Assembly (NCBI GenBank): GCA_965224745.1
Contig: CBDCZY010000004.1
Span: 29,851-93,850, forward strand
Length of the DNA: 64,000 nt
Source: Methylococcales bacterium
GTDB lineage: Bacteria > Pseudomonadota > Gammaproteobacteria > Methylococcales > Methylomonadaceae
Direction: 5' to 3'
The notes under the pieces were generated by a model. That model was not told the origin of the DNA, ran no database searches, and was given only the letters and a program-made list of their open reading frames with translations. This document shows, piece after piece, positions 48,017 through 57,444 of this stretch. The position numbers and the translations under genes are program-made. Position 1 is the first letter of the stretch. Each line of letters opens with the position of its first letter.

Positions 48017-49002
48017 TTGTAAAAACCTCTTCTATGGGAGATCTGATACATACGCTACCTGCATTAACTGATGCAGAGAAAGCTCATCCAGGGATTCGCT
48101 TTGACTGGGTTGCTGAGGAAGGTTTTTGTGAAATTCCGAAAATGCATCCGGCGGTAGATAAGGTGATTCCTGTTGCTATTAGACGGTGGCGACGAGAAGT
48201 AGTCAGCTCCATCGCTAACGGTCAAATTACCTCGATGGTAAGTCAATTACGTCAAAAAGACTATGATTACATTATTGATGCGCAAGGTTTAATAAAGAGT
48301 GCCATGGTTACTTTTTTGGCCCATGGTGTTCGTTGCGGTTTAGACTACAAATCTTGCAAGGAACCATTTGCTGCACTGGGCTATCAAAAAAAAGTCAATG
48401 TACCCAAAAAATTACATGCAATTGAAAGAGTAAGACGGTTATTTTCTGAGGTACTTGGTTATCAATTTGACCCTAATGAAATGGAAAGTGGGTTGGACAC
48501 TAAGCTTTTTAATACTGCCTTTGATAGACAACCCTATGTTGTTTTTCTGCATGGTGCAAGTCACCCTGCCAAATTGTGGCCAAAAGACAGTTGGGTGAAG
48601 CTGGCCATGTTATTTTCTCAACAAGGGTATACTATCTATTTACCTTGGGGTAATGAGGAAGAAAAACAGCGTGCAGAAGCTATCGCGCAGACTTCAAAAA
48701 ACGTGGTTATATTACCCAAGATGAATTTAAATGAGATTGCCTGCCTGTTAAATCAAGCCAAACTGGTCATCGGAGTTGATACTGGGTTGGCTCATTTGGC
48801 GGCAGCACTTGATACTCCGGGCATTACTCTTTATCTTGGTACGGTTCCAGGTCTAACTGGAGCTTGCGGGCACCATCAGACATGTTTGACGCAAGTAAAT
48901 GATAAAATAGGAAATTATCCTGCCTCCTTGGATGTAATTTATCACCAACAGATAACCGTTGAGCGGGTTTGGCAAGCTGCCGGAACAAAACTAAATCACT
49001 AA
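48004..49002 (+). CDS. waaC: ADP-heptose:LPS heptosyltransferase I
   Basis: GT9 family, with VLVVKTSSMGDLIHTLPAL and VDTGLAHLAAAL. It follows waaF. Confidence 0.85.
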   Translation: MRVLVVKTSSMGDLIHTLPALTDAEKAHPGIRFDWVAEEGFCEIPKMHPAVDKVIPVAIRRWRREVVSSIANGQITSMVSQLRQKDYDYIIDAQGLIKSAMVTFLAHGVRCGLDYKSCKEPFAALGYQKKVNVPKKLHAIERVRRLFSEVLGYQFDPNEMESGLDTKLFNTAFDRQPYVVFLHGASHPAKLWPKDSWVKLAMLFSQQGYTIYLPWGNEEEKQRAEAIAQTSKNVVILPKMNLNEIACLLNQAKLVIGVDTGLAHLAAALDTPGITLYLGTVPGLTGACGHHQTCLTQVNDKIGNYPASLDVIYHQQITVERVWQAAGTKLNH

Positions 49003-49017
49003 CTAGGTTTTTTTATT

Positions 49018-50739
49018 ATGACTGAAGAGATTTTAGAAGCAGAAGAGAGTGTCTCAACTTATGCAGCGTTTATTGATTTTTTACAAAAAAATCAAAAGTT
49101 GCGTGACTCTGATCTTAGCAGGGCAAAAAAAATTCAGGAACAGGCCGCAGAAGAGGGATTGCCATCCCTGTTGATCAAGCTGGGTTTATGCTCTGAAAAT
49201 GATGTGGCCGTTGCAATGGCTAGTTCCGAAAATATTGAGCTTGTAAAAAAAGACGAATATCCCGAAGTTTCCCCTATTCCGTCAAGTATTTCATTACGTT
49301 TTTTAAGAGAAAACCGCATTATCGGGCTCGAAGAAAAACCAGAAGAGTTAATCGTTGCAACAATTGATCCAATCCAAAAGTCAGTTATAGAGGCTTTAAT
49401 TCTAGCCTGTCAGAAGGAAGTAAGCGTTAAGGTTGGTGTGGCTTCTGAGATTGAGCGTGCTTTAGAACTTCAATACGGTGACGGCAAGACAAACATGGGC
49501 TTGTTTTCAGACGGCATGGATGGTGAAGAAATAGGTGAAGACGAAATTGAGCATCTAAAAGATCTTGCCAGTGAAGCTCCGGTTATCAGAATGGTTAATA
49601 TCATCATGCAACGGGCCCTTGAGACTGAAGCTTCAGATATTCATTTCGAACCTTTTGAGCAAAGCCTTAAAGTCAGGCTTAGAATTGATGGCGTTTTGCA
49701 AGAGGTAGAGGCGCCGCCAGTGTCATCAACAGCGGCGGTTATCTCGCGTATTAAAATTATGGCGAAATTGAATATCGCCGAGCGACGCTTGCCCCAAGAT
49801 GGCAGGATCAAAATTCAAATGTCAGGCAAAGAGCTCGATTTACGGGTATCAACGATACCGACCATGTACGGGGAAAGTGTCGTTATTCGACTGTTAAACA
49901 AAGAAAATGTTAAATTTGATTTTTCAGCCCTTGGTTTTGATGGAACCCATTCCAAAAGATTTGTCAAAATACTCTCCAAACCCCATGGTATTCTGTTGAT
50001 TACCGGCCCAACCGGAAGTGGTAAATCAACCACGCTTTATACAGCGCTAAATCAGCTCAATACGCCAGACCGCAAAATTATAACGGTCGAAGATCCTGTG
50101 GAATACCAACTGGAAGGAGTCAACCAGATCCAAGCAAAGCCGCAAATTGGTCTTAATTTTGCCAGTGCATTACGTTCGATTGTAAGACAAGATCCTGACG
50201 TCATTATGATTGGTGAGATGCGTGACCTGGAAACAGCGAAAATCGCCGTGCAATCTGCTATGACAGGACACCTTGTGTTATCAACGTTGCATACCAATGA
50301 TGCAGCCGGCGGTGTAACCCGTCTTTTGGATATGGGGCTTGAAGACTATTTGTTAACATCAACAGTGAACGGTATTTTAGGACAAAGGCTTGTAAAAAAA
50401 CTTTGTACCCATTGTAAAGTAATCTATCCAGTAATGCCCGAAATGGTATCTGAAATGGGTCTGCGACGGTTAGTGCCTGAAGGAGAGATAAAACTTTTCC
50501 ATCCGGTCGGTTGCGATCATTGCGGTGGTATTGGTTATCGTGGACGTATCGCGATCATGGAATTTCTAGTAATGACCGATGGCATCAGAAAACTCATTAT
50601 GTCGCATATGGAAGCAGGAAAAATTCAGGAGGCTGCTGTCAAAGAAGGAATGGTGACAATGTATGACGATGGCCTTATGAAAGCAATGGAAGGTATCACC
50701 ACTATTGAAGAAATTCTCCGCGTGACAACTGAGACTTAA
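49018..50739 (+). CDS. gspE: type II secretion system ATPase GspE
   Basis: 573 aa. Walker A is GPTGSGKSTT, the Asp box and Walker B are IMIGEMRD, there is a His box, and the tetracysteine motif is CTHC...CDHCGGIGYRGR. Confidence 0.93.
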   Translation: MTEEILEAEESVSTYAAFIDFLQKNQKLRDSDLSRAKKIQEQAAEEGLPSLLIKLGLCSENDVAVAMASSENIELVKKDEYPEVSPIPSSISLRFLRENRIIGLEEKPEELIVATIDPIQKSVIEALILACQKEVSVKVGVASEIERALELQYGDGKTNMGLFSDGMDGEEIGEDEIEHLKDLASEAPVIRMVNIIMQRALETEASDIHFEPFEQSLKVRLRIDGVLQEVEAPPVSSTAAVISRIKIMAKLNIAERRLPQDGRIKIQMSGKELDLRVSTIPTMYGESVVIRLLNKENVKFDFSALGFDGTHSKRFVKILSKPHGILLITGPTGSGKSTTLYTALNQLNTPDRKIITVEDPVEYQLEGVNQIQAKPQIGLNFASALRSIVRQDPDVIMIGEMRDLETAKIAVQSAMTGHLVLSTLHTNDAAGGVTRLLDMGLEDYLLTSTVNGILGQRLVKKLCTHCKVIYPVMPEMVSEMGLRRLVPEGEIKLFHPVGCDHCGGIGYRGRIAIMEFLVMTDGIRKLIMSHMEAGKIQEAAVKEGMVTMYDDGLMKAMEGITTIEEILRVTTET

Positions 50740-50743
50740 TACC

Positions 50744-51961
50744 ATGCCAAATTACAGTATCAAAGCTGCCAATAAAGAGGGGGGCATTATTGAAGAATAC
50801 CGTATTGCGGTAGACGAGCAATCGTTGATTAAGGATTTGCAGCACGAAGGGTTGATGCCGATCCAGGTCAAGCCAGCCGGCTTTGGCATATCGCGGTGGT
50901 TTAAATTTAGTCAGTCTAAGCAGGTATTATCACCTAAAGACATTATCTTATTTACCCGAGAATTGGCTACTTTGTTAGAAGCCGGTTTACCGTTAGATCG
51001 GTCGTTAACGGTTTTAAAAGAATTGACAGGTAAAGAAACCAAGTTATTTGGTTTTGTAGAAGAAGTTTTACAGAAAGTAAAAGGTGGGTCGACCTTGTCT
51101 AGCGCCTTAGAAAGCCAATCAGAAGATTTTTCCAGATTTTATTTAAACATGCTGAAAGCAGGTGAAGCGGGAGGCAGTGTCGAAGACGTCCTGAACCGAA
51201 TGGCCGAATATTTAGAAAAATCGAAAGAACTTAGAGATACAGTAAGTACTGCCATGATCTATCCAGCCATATTGGTTGTTATGGCACTGGGTTCCGTTTT
51301 TTTATTGCTGACTTTTGTCGTTCCTCAATTTACCGAAATGTTTGAAAGCGCAGGCAAAGAACTGCCTGTTCCTACGCAAATTGTAGTAGGAGTAGCCGAG
51401 TGGTTGCAAAGTTATTGGTGGGTGTTATTGGTTGCTTTTGTGCTGCTGGGAATGTACATCAGGTCTGTCAAGGCTAGTCCGGTCAAAAAAGCCGTTTGGG
51501 ATCAGCGAGTGCTTAAACTTCCTTTCGCAGGTGACATTATTAGAACAATGGAAACCGCTAATTTGAGTCGAACCCTTGGAACTTTGCTCGGAAATGGTGT
51601 TCCGATCTTGAGAGCGCTTTCCATCGTTAAGGAAACAGTCAATAATTTCGTCTTGTCACAAGCCCTTGATAAAGCAGAAAAAAACTTAAAGCAAGGCAAG
51701 AACATGAGTGGCGCTATGATTGAATCCGGTCAATTCCCAAAAATGGCGATGCAGATGATCAAAATGGGCGAAGAAACAGGTCGTATGGAAGAAATGCTTC
51801 TGAGAGTTGCAACCACCTACGATAAAGAACTTAAAGTAACTATTCAAAGAATGTTAGCGTTGTTAGAGCCAGTTCTCATTGTGGTGTTGGGCTTGTTAAT
51901 AGCCGGTATCATAATTTCCATTTTGATGGCTATTCTGAGTGTCAATGATTTAGCATTTTAA
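50744..51961 (+). CDS. gspF: type II secretion system inner-membrane platform protein GspF
   Basis: 405 aa with a duplicated GspF domain and 3 TM helices. Confidence 0.92.
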   Translation: MPNYSIKAANKEGGIIEEYRIAVDEQSLIKDLQHEGLMPIQVKPAGFGISRWFKFSQSKQVLSPKDIILFTRELATLLEAGLPLDRSLTVLKELTGKETKLFGFVEEVLQKVKGGSTLSSALESQSEDFSRFYLNMLKAGEAGGSVEDVLNRMAEYLEKSKELRDTVSTAMIYPAILVVMALGSVFLLLTFVVPQFTEMFESAGKELPVPTQIVVGVAEWLQSYWWVLLVAFVLLGMYIRSVKASPVKKAVWDQRVLKLPFAGDIIRTMETANLSRTLGTLLGNGVPILRALSIVKETVNNFVLSQALDKAEKNLKQGKNMSGAMIESGQFPKMAMQMIKMGEETGRMEEMLLRVATTYDKELKVTIQRMLALLEPVLIVVLGLLIAGIIISILMAILSVNDLAF

Positions 51962-51999
51962 TTTTTTAGATAAAACTCTTTTGAAAAGGGAGATAAATT

Positions 52000-52443
52000 T
52001 TGAGTATCGCACCAAAACAAATGAAAAAACTTGCTTCCACCCGCGGCTTTACCTTGATTGAACTGTTGGTGGTTTTGGCCATAATCGGTCTTTTGGCAGG
52101 ATTGGTAGGCCCCAAAGTAATGAAGCATTTAGGCGGAGCCAAAACTAAATCAGCTAAAGTACAGATTGAAGGGTTAGCTGCCGCGATGGATATGTATCGC
52201 CTGGATGTTGGAGTATATCCCTCATCCGAGGAAGGTTTGGTCGCGTTAATTAGTAATCCAGGGGATGTGAGAGGGTGGAATGGCCCTTATCTAAGAAAAA
52301 ATAAAATTCCCAAGGATCCTTGGAACCGGGATTACAGATACCAATCACCAGGAGAACATGGAAAATTCGATCTGTACACTTTTGGTGCAGATGATAACGA
52401 AGGTGGCGAAGGAGAAGACCAGGATATTGCTAGCTGGGAATAA
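52000..52443 (+). CDS. gspG: type II secretion major pseudopilin GspG
   Basis: The prepilin leader and cleavage motif is TRGFTLIELLVVLAIIG, and KDPWNRDY is present. The real start may be the ATG at 52021. Confidence 0.93.
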   Translation: MSIAPKQMKKLASTRGFTLIELLVVLAIIGLLAGLVGPKVMKHLGGAKTKSAKVQIEGLAAAMDMYRLDVGVYPSSEEGLVALISNPGDVRGWNGPYLRKNKIPKDPWNRDYRYQSPGEHGKFDLYTFGADDNEGGEGEDQDIASWE

Positions 52444-52446
52444 CAG

Positions 52447-52953
52447 TTGTCTGAAATCACTAAGCCCGGTTTTCTAAAGCCTTGTCAAATGACACAGGAT
52501 AGTATGTATGCCAGTGAAAATAGTGGGTTTTCGCTAGTCGAAATGCTACTTGTTCTAGTTATTGCGGTGATGGGTTTTGCTGTTGCTGGCCCAAGCATCA
52601 TGTCTGGGCGAGCGAATGCAGAATTAAAGAGTTCGGCCAGAGATGTGGCGTCAGCCCTTCGGTTTTTGAGAGGTAATGCGCTCACAACGGGCAAGGAAAC
52701 CAAGCTAGATCTAAGCTTGAATGATAACTCCTATCAGCTGACAGGAAAAAATAGAACTTACAAAATCTCGAAGGATATCGCAATTACCTTATTTACAGCA
52801 CAAAAAGAAATAACAGATGACGGACTCGGTAGTATCCGCTTCTTCCCCGATGGGTCATCAACGGGCGGCCGAGTAACGCTCGAAAGTAACAATAACAAAA
52901 GGTTGGTTGATGTAAATTGGTTGACTGGGCAGGTTGAAATTCTTGAGGAATAA
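52447..52953 (+). CDS. gspH: type II secretion minor pseudopilin GspH
   Basis: The prepilin motif is NSGFSLVEMLLVLVI. It sits after gspG. The start codon is uncertain, as there are several in-frame ATGs. Confidence 0.8.
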   Translation: MSEITKPGFLKPCQMTQDSMYASENSGFSLVEMLLVLVIAVMGFAVAGPSIMSGRANAELKSSARDVASALRFLRGNALTTGKETKLDLSLNDNSYQLTGKNRTYKISKDIAITLFTAQKEITDDGLGSIRFFPDGSSTGGRVTLESNNNKRLVDVNWLTGQVEILEE

Positions 52954-53356
52954 TTTAATTCATAAGTCTTCTCAAGGGTTTTCTTTATTAGAAATCTTGG
53001 TTGCATTCTCTATTCTTGCCATTTCCCTGGGAGTATTGCTGAAAGTTTTCTCATCGGGTGTTAGAACCGCCATAGTATCAGAGGAATACGCACAAGCAGT
53101 GCAAATAGCTGATTCCCTGCTTGCTCAAACCGGTGTAGAAGAACCTCTGGAAGAAACTGAAAAACAAGGTGACGTTGGAGGTGTCTATGCCTGGACAGTC
53201 AGCGTTAGGCTATTTGAGCCAGAGTTAGAAAACTACAATATGGATTTGCTTCCAGTTGTGCCTTATTTGATATCAGTCGTAGTAGATTGGCAAGAGATAA
53301 ATAACAATCGAACGGTAGAATTGACAACACTTAGACTCGCAACCAAAAAGCCATGA
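52934..53356 (+). CDS. gspI: type II secretion minor pseudopilin GspI
   Basis: The prepilin motif is SQGFSLLEILVAFSIL. It has a TTG start overlapping the end of gspH. Confidence 0.8.
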   Translation: MKFLRNNLIHKSSQGFSLLEILVAFSILAISLGVLLKVFSSGVRTAIVSEEYAQAVQIADSLLAQTGVEEPLEETEKQGDVGGVYAWTVSVRLFEPELENYNMDLLPVVPYLISVVVDWQEINNNRTVELTTLRLATKKP

Positions 53357-54036
53357 TCAACCCCAAAAAAAACAATCAGCAAGGTTTCACCTTGATTGAA
53401 GTACTCATAGCGATGAGTCTGCTAGGGATCATGATGGTTTTGTTGTTTAGTAGTTTAAGGACTTGTGTCAGAAACTGGGATGCGGGTGAAGAAAAAATGA
53501 TTAAGGTTAGCAGAATGTCCTCGGTGCAACATTTTTTTAGAACACGGTTGTCTGAAGTCAAGCCCATGATGGACGACTTTTCTGGGGATGACGATGAATC
53601 GGTGTTTGCCTTCCAAGGCACAGAAGAGACATTACAGTTTGTGTCATCTCTGCCAGCAAGTAGCGGCAGACAAGGGTTGCAATTGTTTAATGTCGGGCTC
53701 AAATCAGCATCTCGATCTGGCTCTTCGTCTTTATATGTTAACCTTACCCCTTTCTTACCTACCGCTAATGATGAAGAATGGGCAGAGGATGAAGTGATTG
53801 TGCTTGAAGGGGTAGACCAAATAAAATTTTCATATTTAGGCTCAGAAAGTTTGAATGAAGAACCTGAATGGTTAGAAGATTGGGAAGAAAAATTTAAGTT
53901 GCCGATGCTCATTAAAATTTCGATCAGCTTGGCAGATGAAACAATTTGGCCTGATATGTACATAGCACCTAAATCTACCCAAGGGCCAGCCAACGGCAAC
54001 CCATTTGGTGTTGTTAATGATCAATTTGCTTTCTAA
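53353..54036 (+). CDS. gspJ: type II secretion minor pseudopilin GspJ
   Basis: The prepilin motif is QQGFTLIEVLIAMSLLG. It is 227 aa. Confidence 0.82.
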   Translation: MINPKKNNQQGFTLIEVLIAMSLLGIMMVLLFSSLRTCVRNWDAGEEKMIKVSRMSSVQHFFRTRLSEVKPMMDDFSGDDDESVFAFQGTEETLQFVSSLPASSGRQGLQLFNVGLKSASRSGSSSLYVNLTPFLPTANDEEWAEDEVIVLEGVDQIKFSYLGSESLNEEPEWLEDWEEKFKLPMLIKISISLADETIWPDMYIAPKSTQGPANGNPFGVVNDQFAF

Positions 54037-54043
54037 TCAATAG

Positions 54044-55012
54044 ATGACAAGACAATCAGATGCCACTCGCCAGAAGGGCATGGCACTTATTCTTGTGCTA
54101 TGGGTCATGGTATTGTTGATCATTATGGCCGGCAGTTTCTCATTGACTATGCAACGAGAACTGTCTGTCGTAGGGAATGTTAGGGATAAGGCCCAAACTT
54201 TAGCCTTGGCAGAGGCTGGAATTCACTACTCTGTATTAATGTTGCTAAATCCTAGTGAAATTGATAGGTGGAAATCCAACGCCAGTATTTATCAGGTAAA
54301 TTTCAATGATACCCAAATCAGAATCCGGTTAATGCAAGAGTCAGGTAAAATTGATATCAACAAAGCCGAAATTCCATTATTAACGACTCTGATGCAAGCG
54401 GCAGGGGTTGAAGATATTGATGAGATTAGCAGATACGTTGACGCGATAATGGATTGGCGAGACAATGACACGCTAAGGCGTCTAAATGGAGCAGAGGAAG
54501 ACGAATATCAAGACGCAAAATTAAAATATGCGCCGACTAATAAACCTTTTTCATCTATTGAGGATTTACAACTAGTGCTTGGTATCACACCTGAAATGTA
54601 TAAAAGGTTGGAGCCATTGGTGACGGTCTATTCCAAACAGGCAAGTATTGATCCCAGTGAAGCGCCACAAAGTTTATTACGGGGCCTGCCAGATATTGAA
54701 GAATCGGTGGTTGATGACTACTTGGAGCAACGTGTCGAAAGTATAAGAAATCAAGTTCCTGTTCCGGCTTTTCCTACGACACCCGGTGTTCAGGGAGGAA
54801 ATAGTAACATCGGTGTCTATACTATTTTATCAGAAGCCAAACTTGCTAATGGGTCGGTGGGTAAAGTCAAAGCAGTCATCAAAAAAGAATTAGATCCAAA
54901 TGGTGGTCCTTTTCAGGTATTAGACTGGAAACAAGGAAATGTCCTTGAAGGATCTTTATTTAATGAGAACAATGACAAATTAGTAATTAATTCTAACGAT
55001 GGTCAAACTTGA
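54044..55012 (+). CDS. gspK: type II secretion minor pseudopilin GspK
   Basis: The N-terminus is KGMALILVLWVMVLL (no Glu at +5, as in GspK). It is 322 aa with a central helical insertion domain. Confidence 0.82.
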   Translation: MTRQSDATRQKGMALILVLWVMVLLIIMAGSFSLTMQRELSVVGNVRDKAQTLALAEAGIHYSVLMLLNPSEIDRWKSNASIYQVNFNDTQIRIRLMQESGKIDINKAEIPLLTTLMQAAGVEDIDEISRYVDAIMDWRDNDTLRRLNGAEEDEYQDAKLKYAPTNKPFSSIEDLQLVLGITPEMYKRLEPLVTVYSKQASIDPSEAPQSLLRGLPDIEESVVDDYLEQRVESIRNQVPVPAFPTTPGVQGGNSNIGVYTILSEAKLANGSVGKVKAVIKKELDPNGGPFQVLDWKQGNVLEGSLFNENNDKLVINSNDGQT

Positions 55013-56108
55013 TTCGAACATAAATATTGATATACCAGCTTTTTTTCGCTGGTGGGGCAGTGAGCTCGCTTTCCTGGTGCCTGAGAAAATTAAGGATTTT
55101 TTTGTATACACTAAGGGGCAATTGATATTAAGGCCGTCTAAAGAAAGTTTAACAATAATTATCAGAGAAAATGGTGAAGAAGAATTAATCGGACCACTGG
55201 AGCTAAATAAATACGGGCGGGAATTTTTCAAAAATCAGCTCAATAAAAGAGCTGAACTTAGAGAAAGTGAGACCATTCTGAGCCTGCCTGATAGCTATGC
55301 GGCGCAAAAAAAAGTATTTTTACCCATAGTTGCGGCTGATAATTTAAAGCAGGTGATAACGTATGAACTTGATAAATTCACACCATTTACTCCTGAACAA
55401 GTCTATTTCGATACCCAGCGATTGGATGGCAAAGGTTCGCAGGAACAACTCGAAGCACTCATTGTTTTTTCGCCTAAAGAAAAATTAGATGTACTCTTTG
55501 AAGAGTTAAAATCCTGGCAATTAACACCGCAAATTGTTGAATACGAAAAAGTTCCTAGTTACAAAGATGGTCGTTATAGTTACAATTTACTACCTTCATG
55601 GGCCAGGAAAAAGAAAGATAAATTACCCAAGGTCTTTGAAATGGTGCTGCTGGTATTATTCTTAACGTTTTTATCTGCCATGTTGATTATGCCTGTATGG
55701 CGGGAGTATTCTGCCGTTAAAACGCTTGAAGGTGCGGTACAAAATGCCGGTGTGGCTGCTGAGAAAGTCGAATCTGTAAAAACGGAAATCTCATCGTACT
55801 ATGACGAGGCTCAAAGTTTGATTGACAGAAAAAACTTAACGCCTTCGTTAGTAGAAATTATGGAGAAGCTTAATAACATTTTGCCAGATAATTCTTGGTT
55901 AACGCATTTAAGATATTACAACAAGACATTGCAGGTAAATGGTTTGTCTCCGGGAGCATCTTCGCTAATCGGCGCCTTGGAAGCGGTGCCTATTTTTAGC
56001 AATACCCGTTTTGTCTCACCTGTTACTCAGGATAGACGAACCGGCCTGGAACGTTTTCTCATCTCTCTAGATGTCGCTATGGAAAAAGATGGAACTAATT
56101 CTAAATAA
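54999..56108 (+). CDS. gspL: type II secretion inner-membrane protein GspL
   Basis: 369 aa with a cytoplasmic N-domain, a single TM helix (LLVLFLTFLSAMLIMPVW) and a periplasmic C-domain. It lies between gspK and gspM. Confidence 0.65.
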   Translation: MVKLDSNINIDIPAFFRWWGSELAFLVPEKIKDFFVYTKGQLILRPSKESLTIIIRENGEEELIGPLELNKYGREFFKNQLNKRAELRESETILSLPDSYAAQKKVFLPIVAADNLKQVITYELDKFTPFTPEQVYFDTQRLDGKGSQEQLEALIVFSPKEKLDVLFEELKSWQLTPQIVEYEKVPSYKDGRYSYNLLPSWARKKKDKLPKVFEMVLLVLFLTFLSAMLIMPVWREYSAVKTLEGAVQNAGVAAEKVESVKTEISSYYDEAQSLIDRKNLTPSLVEIMEKLNNILPDNSWLTHLRYYNKTLQVNGLSPGASSLIGALEAVPIFSNTRFVSPVTQDRRTGLERFLISLDVAMEKDGTNSK

Positions 56109-56670
56109 TAAACAACAGCGTTGGGTCGCCGTCGGGTTGCTTCTGGGCTGCATTGCCTTGTTTGTGTTGGGTGTGCTTTGGCCGTTACTGTCTAAAGGTT
56201 TGCAGTATAAAGAAACCATTGATGACTTAACTTTCCGTTTGCAACGTTATAATCGCGTTATAGCAAGTCAAGACGAAGTGTTTCAGAAGCATCGAGAGAC
56301 AAAAAGCTTAATTTCATCCCAAGGCTATTTTAATAACAAAGCAACGGGGTCGTTAGCCTCTGCAGATCTTCAAAAGTTTGTAAAAGACCTCATTGAAGAA
56401 GCTGGCGGGCAATTGACAAGTACCCAAGTTTTGGCGCAGCGTGAAGAAGATCAACTCATACGAATTGCTGTAAAAGTCCGGATGAGTGGAGATATTGGCA
56501 CCATGCAGAAAGTGCTATACGAGATAGAAAACGCAAAACCTTTAATGACCGTAGAGGAGCTAGACATTAGGCCGGCACGAGGGCGAAGAAACCCTAAAAC
56601 CAGACGAATTGATCCCAGCAACATCATCTATGTTAATTTTGAAGTAGCCAACTTTATGAAAGTAAATTAG
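56071..56670 (+). CDS. gspM: type II secretion inner-membrane protein GspM
   Basis: About 195 aa with an N-terminal TM helix (WVAVGLLLGCIALFVLGVLW) and a periplasmic domain. The start may be the ATG at 56089. Confidence 0.65.
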   Translation: MSLWKKMELILNNKQQRWVAVGLLLGCIALFVLGVLWPLLSKGLQYKETIDDLTFRLQRYNRVIASQDEVFQKHRETKSLISSQGYFNNKATGSLASADLQKFVKDLIEEAGGQLTSTQVLAQREEDQLIRIAVKVRMSGDIGTMQKVLYEIENAKPLMTVEELDIRPARGRRNPKTRRIDPSNIIYVNFEVANFMKVN

Positions 56671-56672
56671 CC

Positions 56673-57371
56673 ATGGAAATCAAACATGAATATAGATGGT
56701 CCCTATTATTGCTGTTGGGATGTTTGGCGCTGCTTATCATCATTGGCGCCGAATGGCTTTATGTAGAACAATACAGGATCAAGTTTTTAAGCAGAATCAA
56801 TGCAGTAGAAGGCGTTGCGTTTGATCTTGATAAAGTGCCTGAGTTCAATGGGTTAAAAAAACCAATCAGCGAGTATGTAAAGATTGCCAATAGACCTCTA
56901 TTTATTGAAGGACGAAAACCCGTTCCAGAAGAGGAAAAGTTGGATGAAGGTGAAGTATTAGCCGTTGTGGAGGATTTTGATCTCAGCCTGATTGGAGTCG
57001 TTTCTACACCCAAAGGCATCTTTGCATTAATGGAAGATCCAAAAGCTAAAGACCGCCAGGATCGTTTTTTTAAAGCAAAACAAAATGAACTCATTCATGA
57101 CTGGGAAGTTGCAAAAATATGGAATGATAAGGTCATAATGAGGCATGACAAAGAAATAAAAGAAGTCGCGTTAGCCAAACCAAAGCCAAAAAAGTTACCT
57201 AAGAAGCGTGCCAAACCAAGGCGAAACCCGTTTGCAAACGCAAAGAAAAACAGGCGAAGATCGAGGCCTCAAAATAAAATACCACCTAATCCTGGCAAAA
57301 TACCAGGGGCGAATGCCAACCTGACGCGGGGCTTAGGTAACCGGTCGAGGACAGTTACTCCTCGTCAATAA
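56673..57371 (+). CDS. GspC/XpsN-like type II secretion component (TM helix plus HR domain, no PDZ; basic C-terminal tail)
   Basis: 232 aa with an N-terminal TM helix, an RPLFIEGRKP motif and an HR-like beta domain (FDLSLIGVVSTPKGIFALMED...WEVAKIWNDKVIMRHD). The last ~60 aa are K/R/P/N-rich. It sits immediately before gspD, as in Xanthomonas xps. Confidence 0.6.
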   Translation: MEIKHEYRWSLLLLLGCLALLIIIGAEWLYVEQYRIKFLSRINAVEGVAFDLDKVPEFNGLKKPISEYVKIANRPLFIEGRKPVPEEEKLDEGEVLAVVEDFDLSLIGVVSTPKGIFALMEDPKAKDRQDRFFKAKQNELIHDWEVAKIWNDKVIMRHDKEIKEVALAKPKPKKLPKKRAKPRRNPFANAKKNRRRSRPQNKIPPNPGKIPGANANLTRGLGNRSRTVTPRQ

Positions 57372-57444
57372 TGTTAAACTTATGCATTTACAAGACTATA
57401 AGTAGTCGCGGCAAACAGCAACCACTTGCGAAAGCAACACGTTA

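Noticed and set aside
53376-53999. A 207-aa ORF lies antisense to gspJ. Other long antisense ORFs occur at 24174..24731, 16099..16575, 59151..59630, 47422..47853, 35293..35685, 943..1323, 6905..7288 and 25671..26042.
   Set aside because: All lie fully inside well-supported genes on the opposite strand. They have Ser/Leu/Cys-rich compositions typical of antisense frames in AT-rich DNA, no recognisable motifs and no RBS. I treat them as shadow ORFs.
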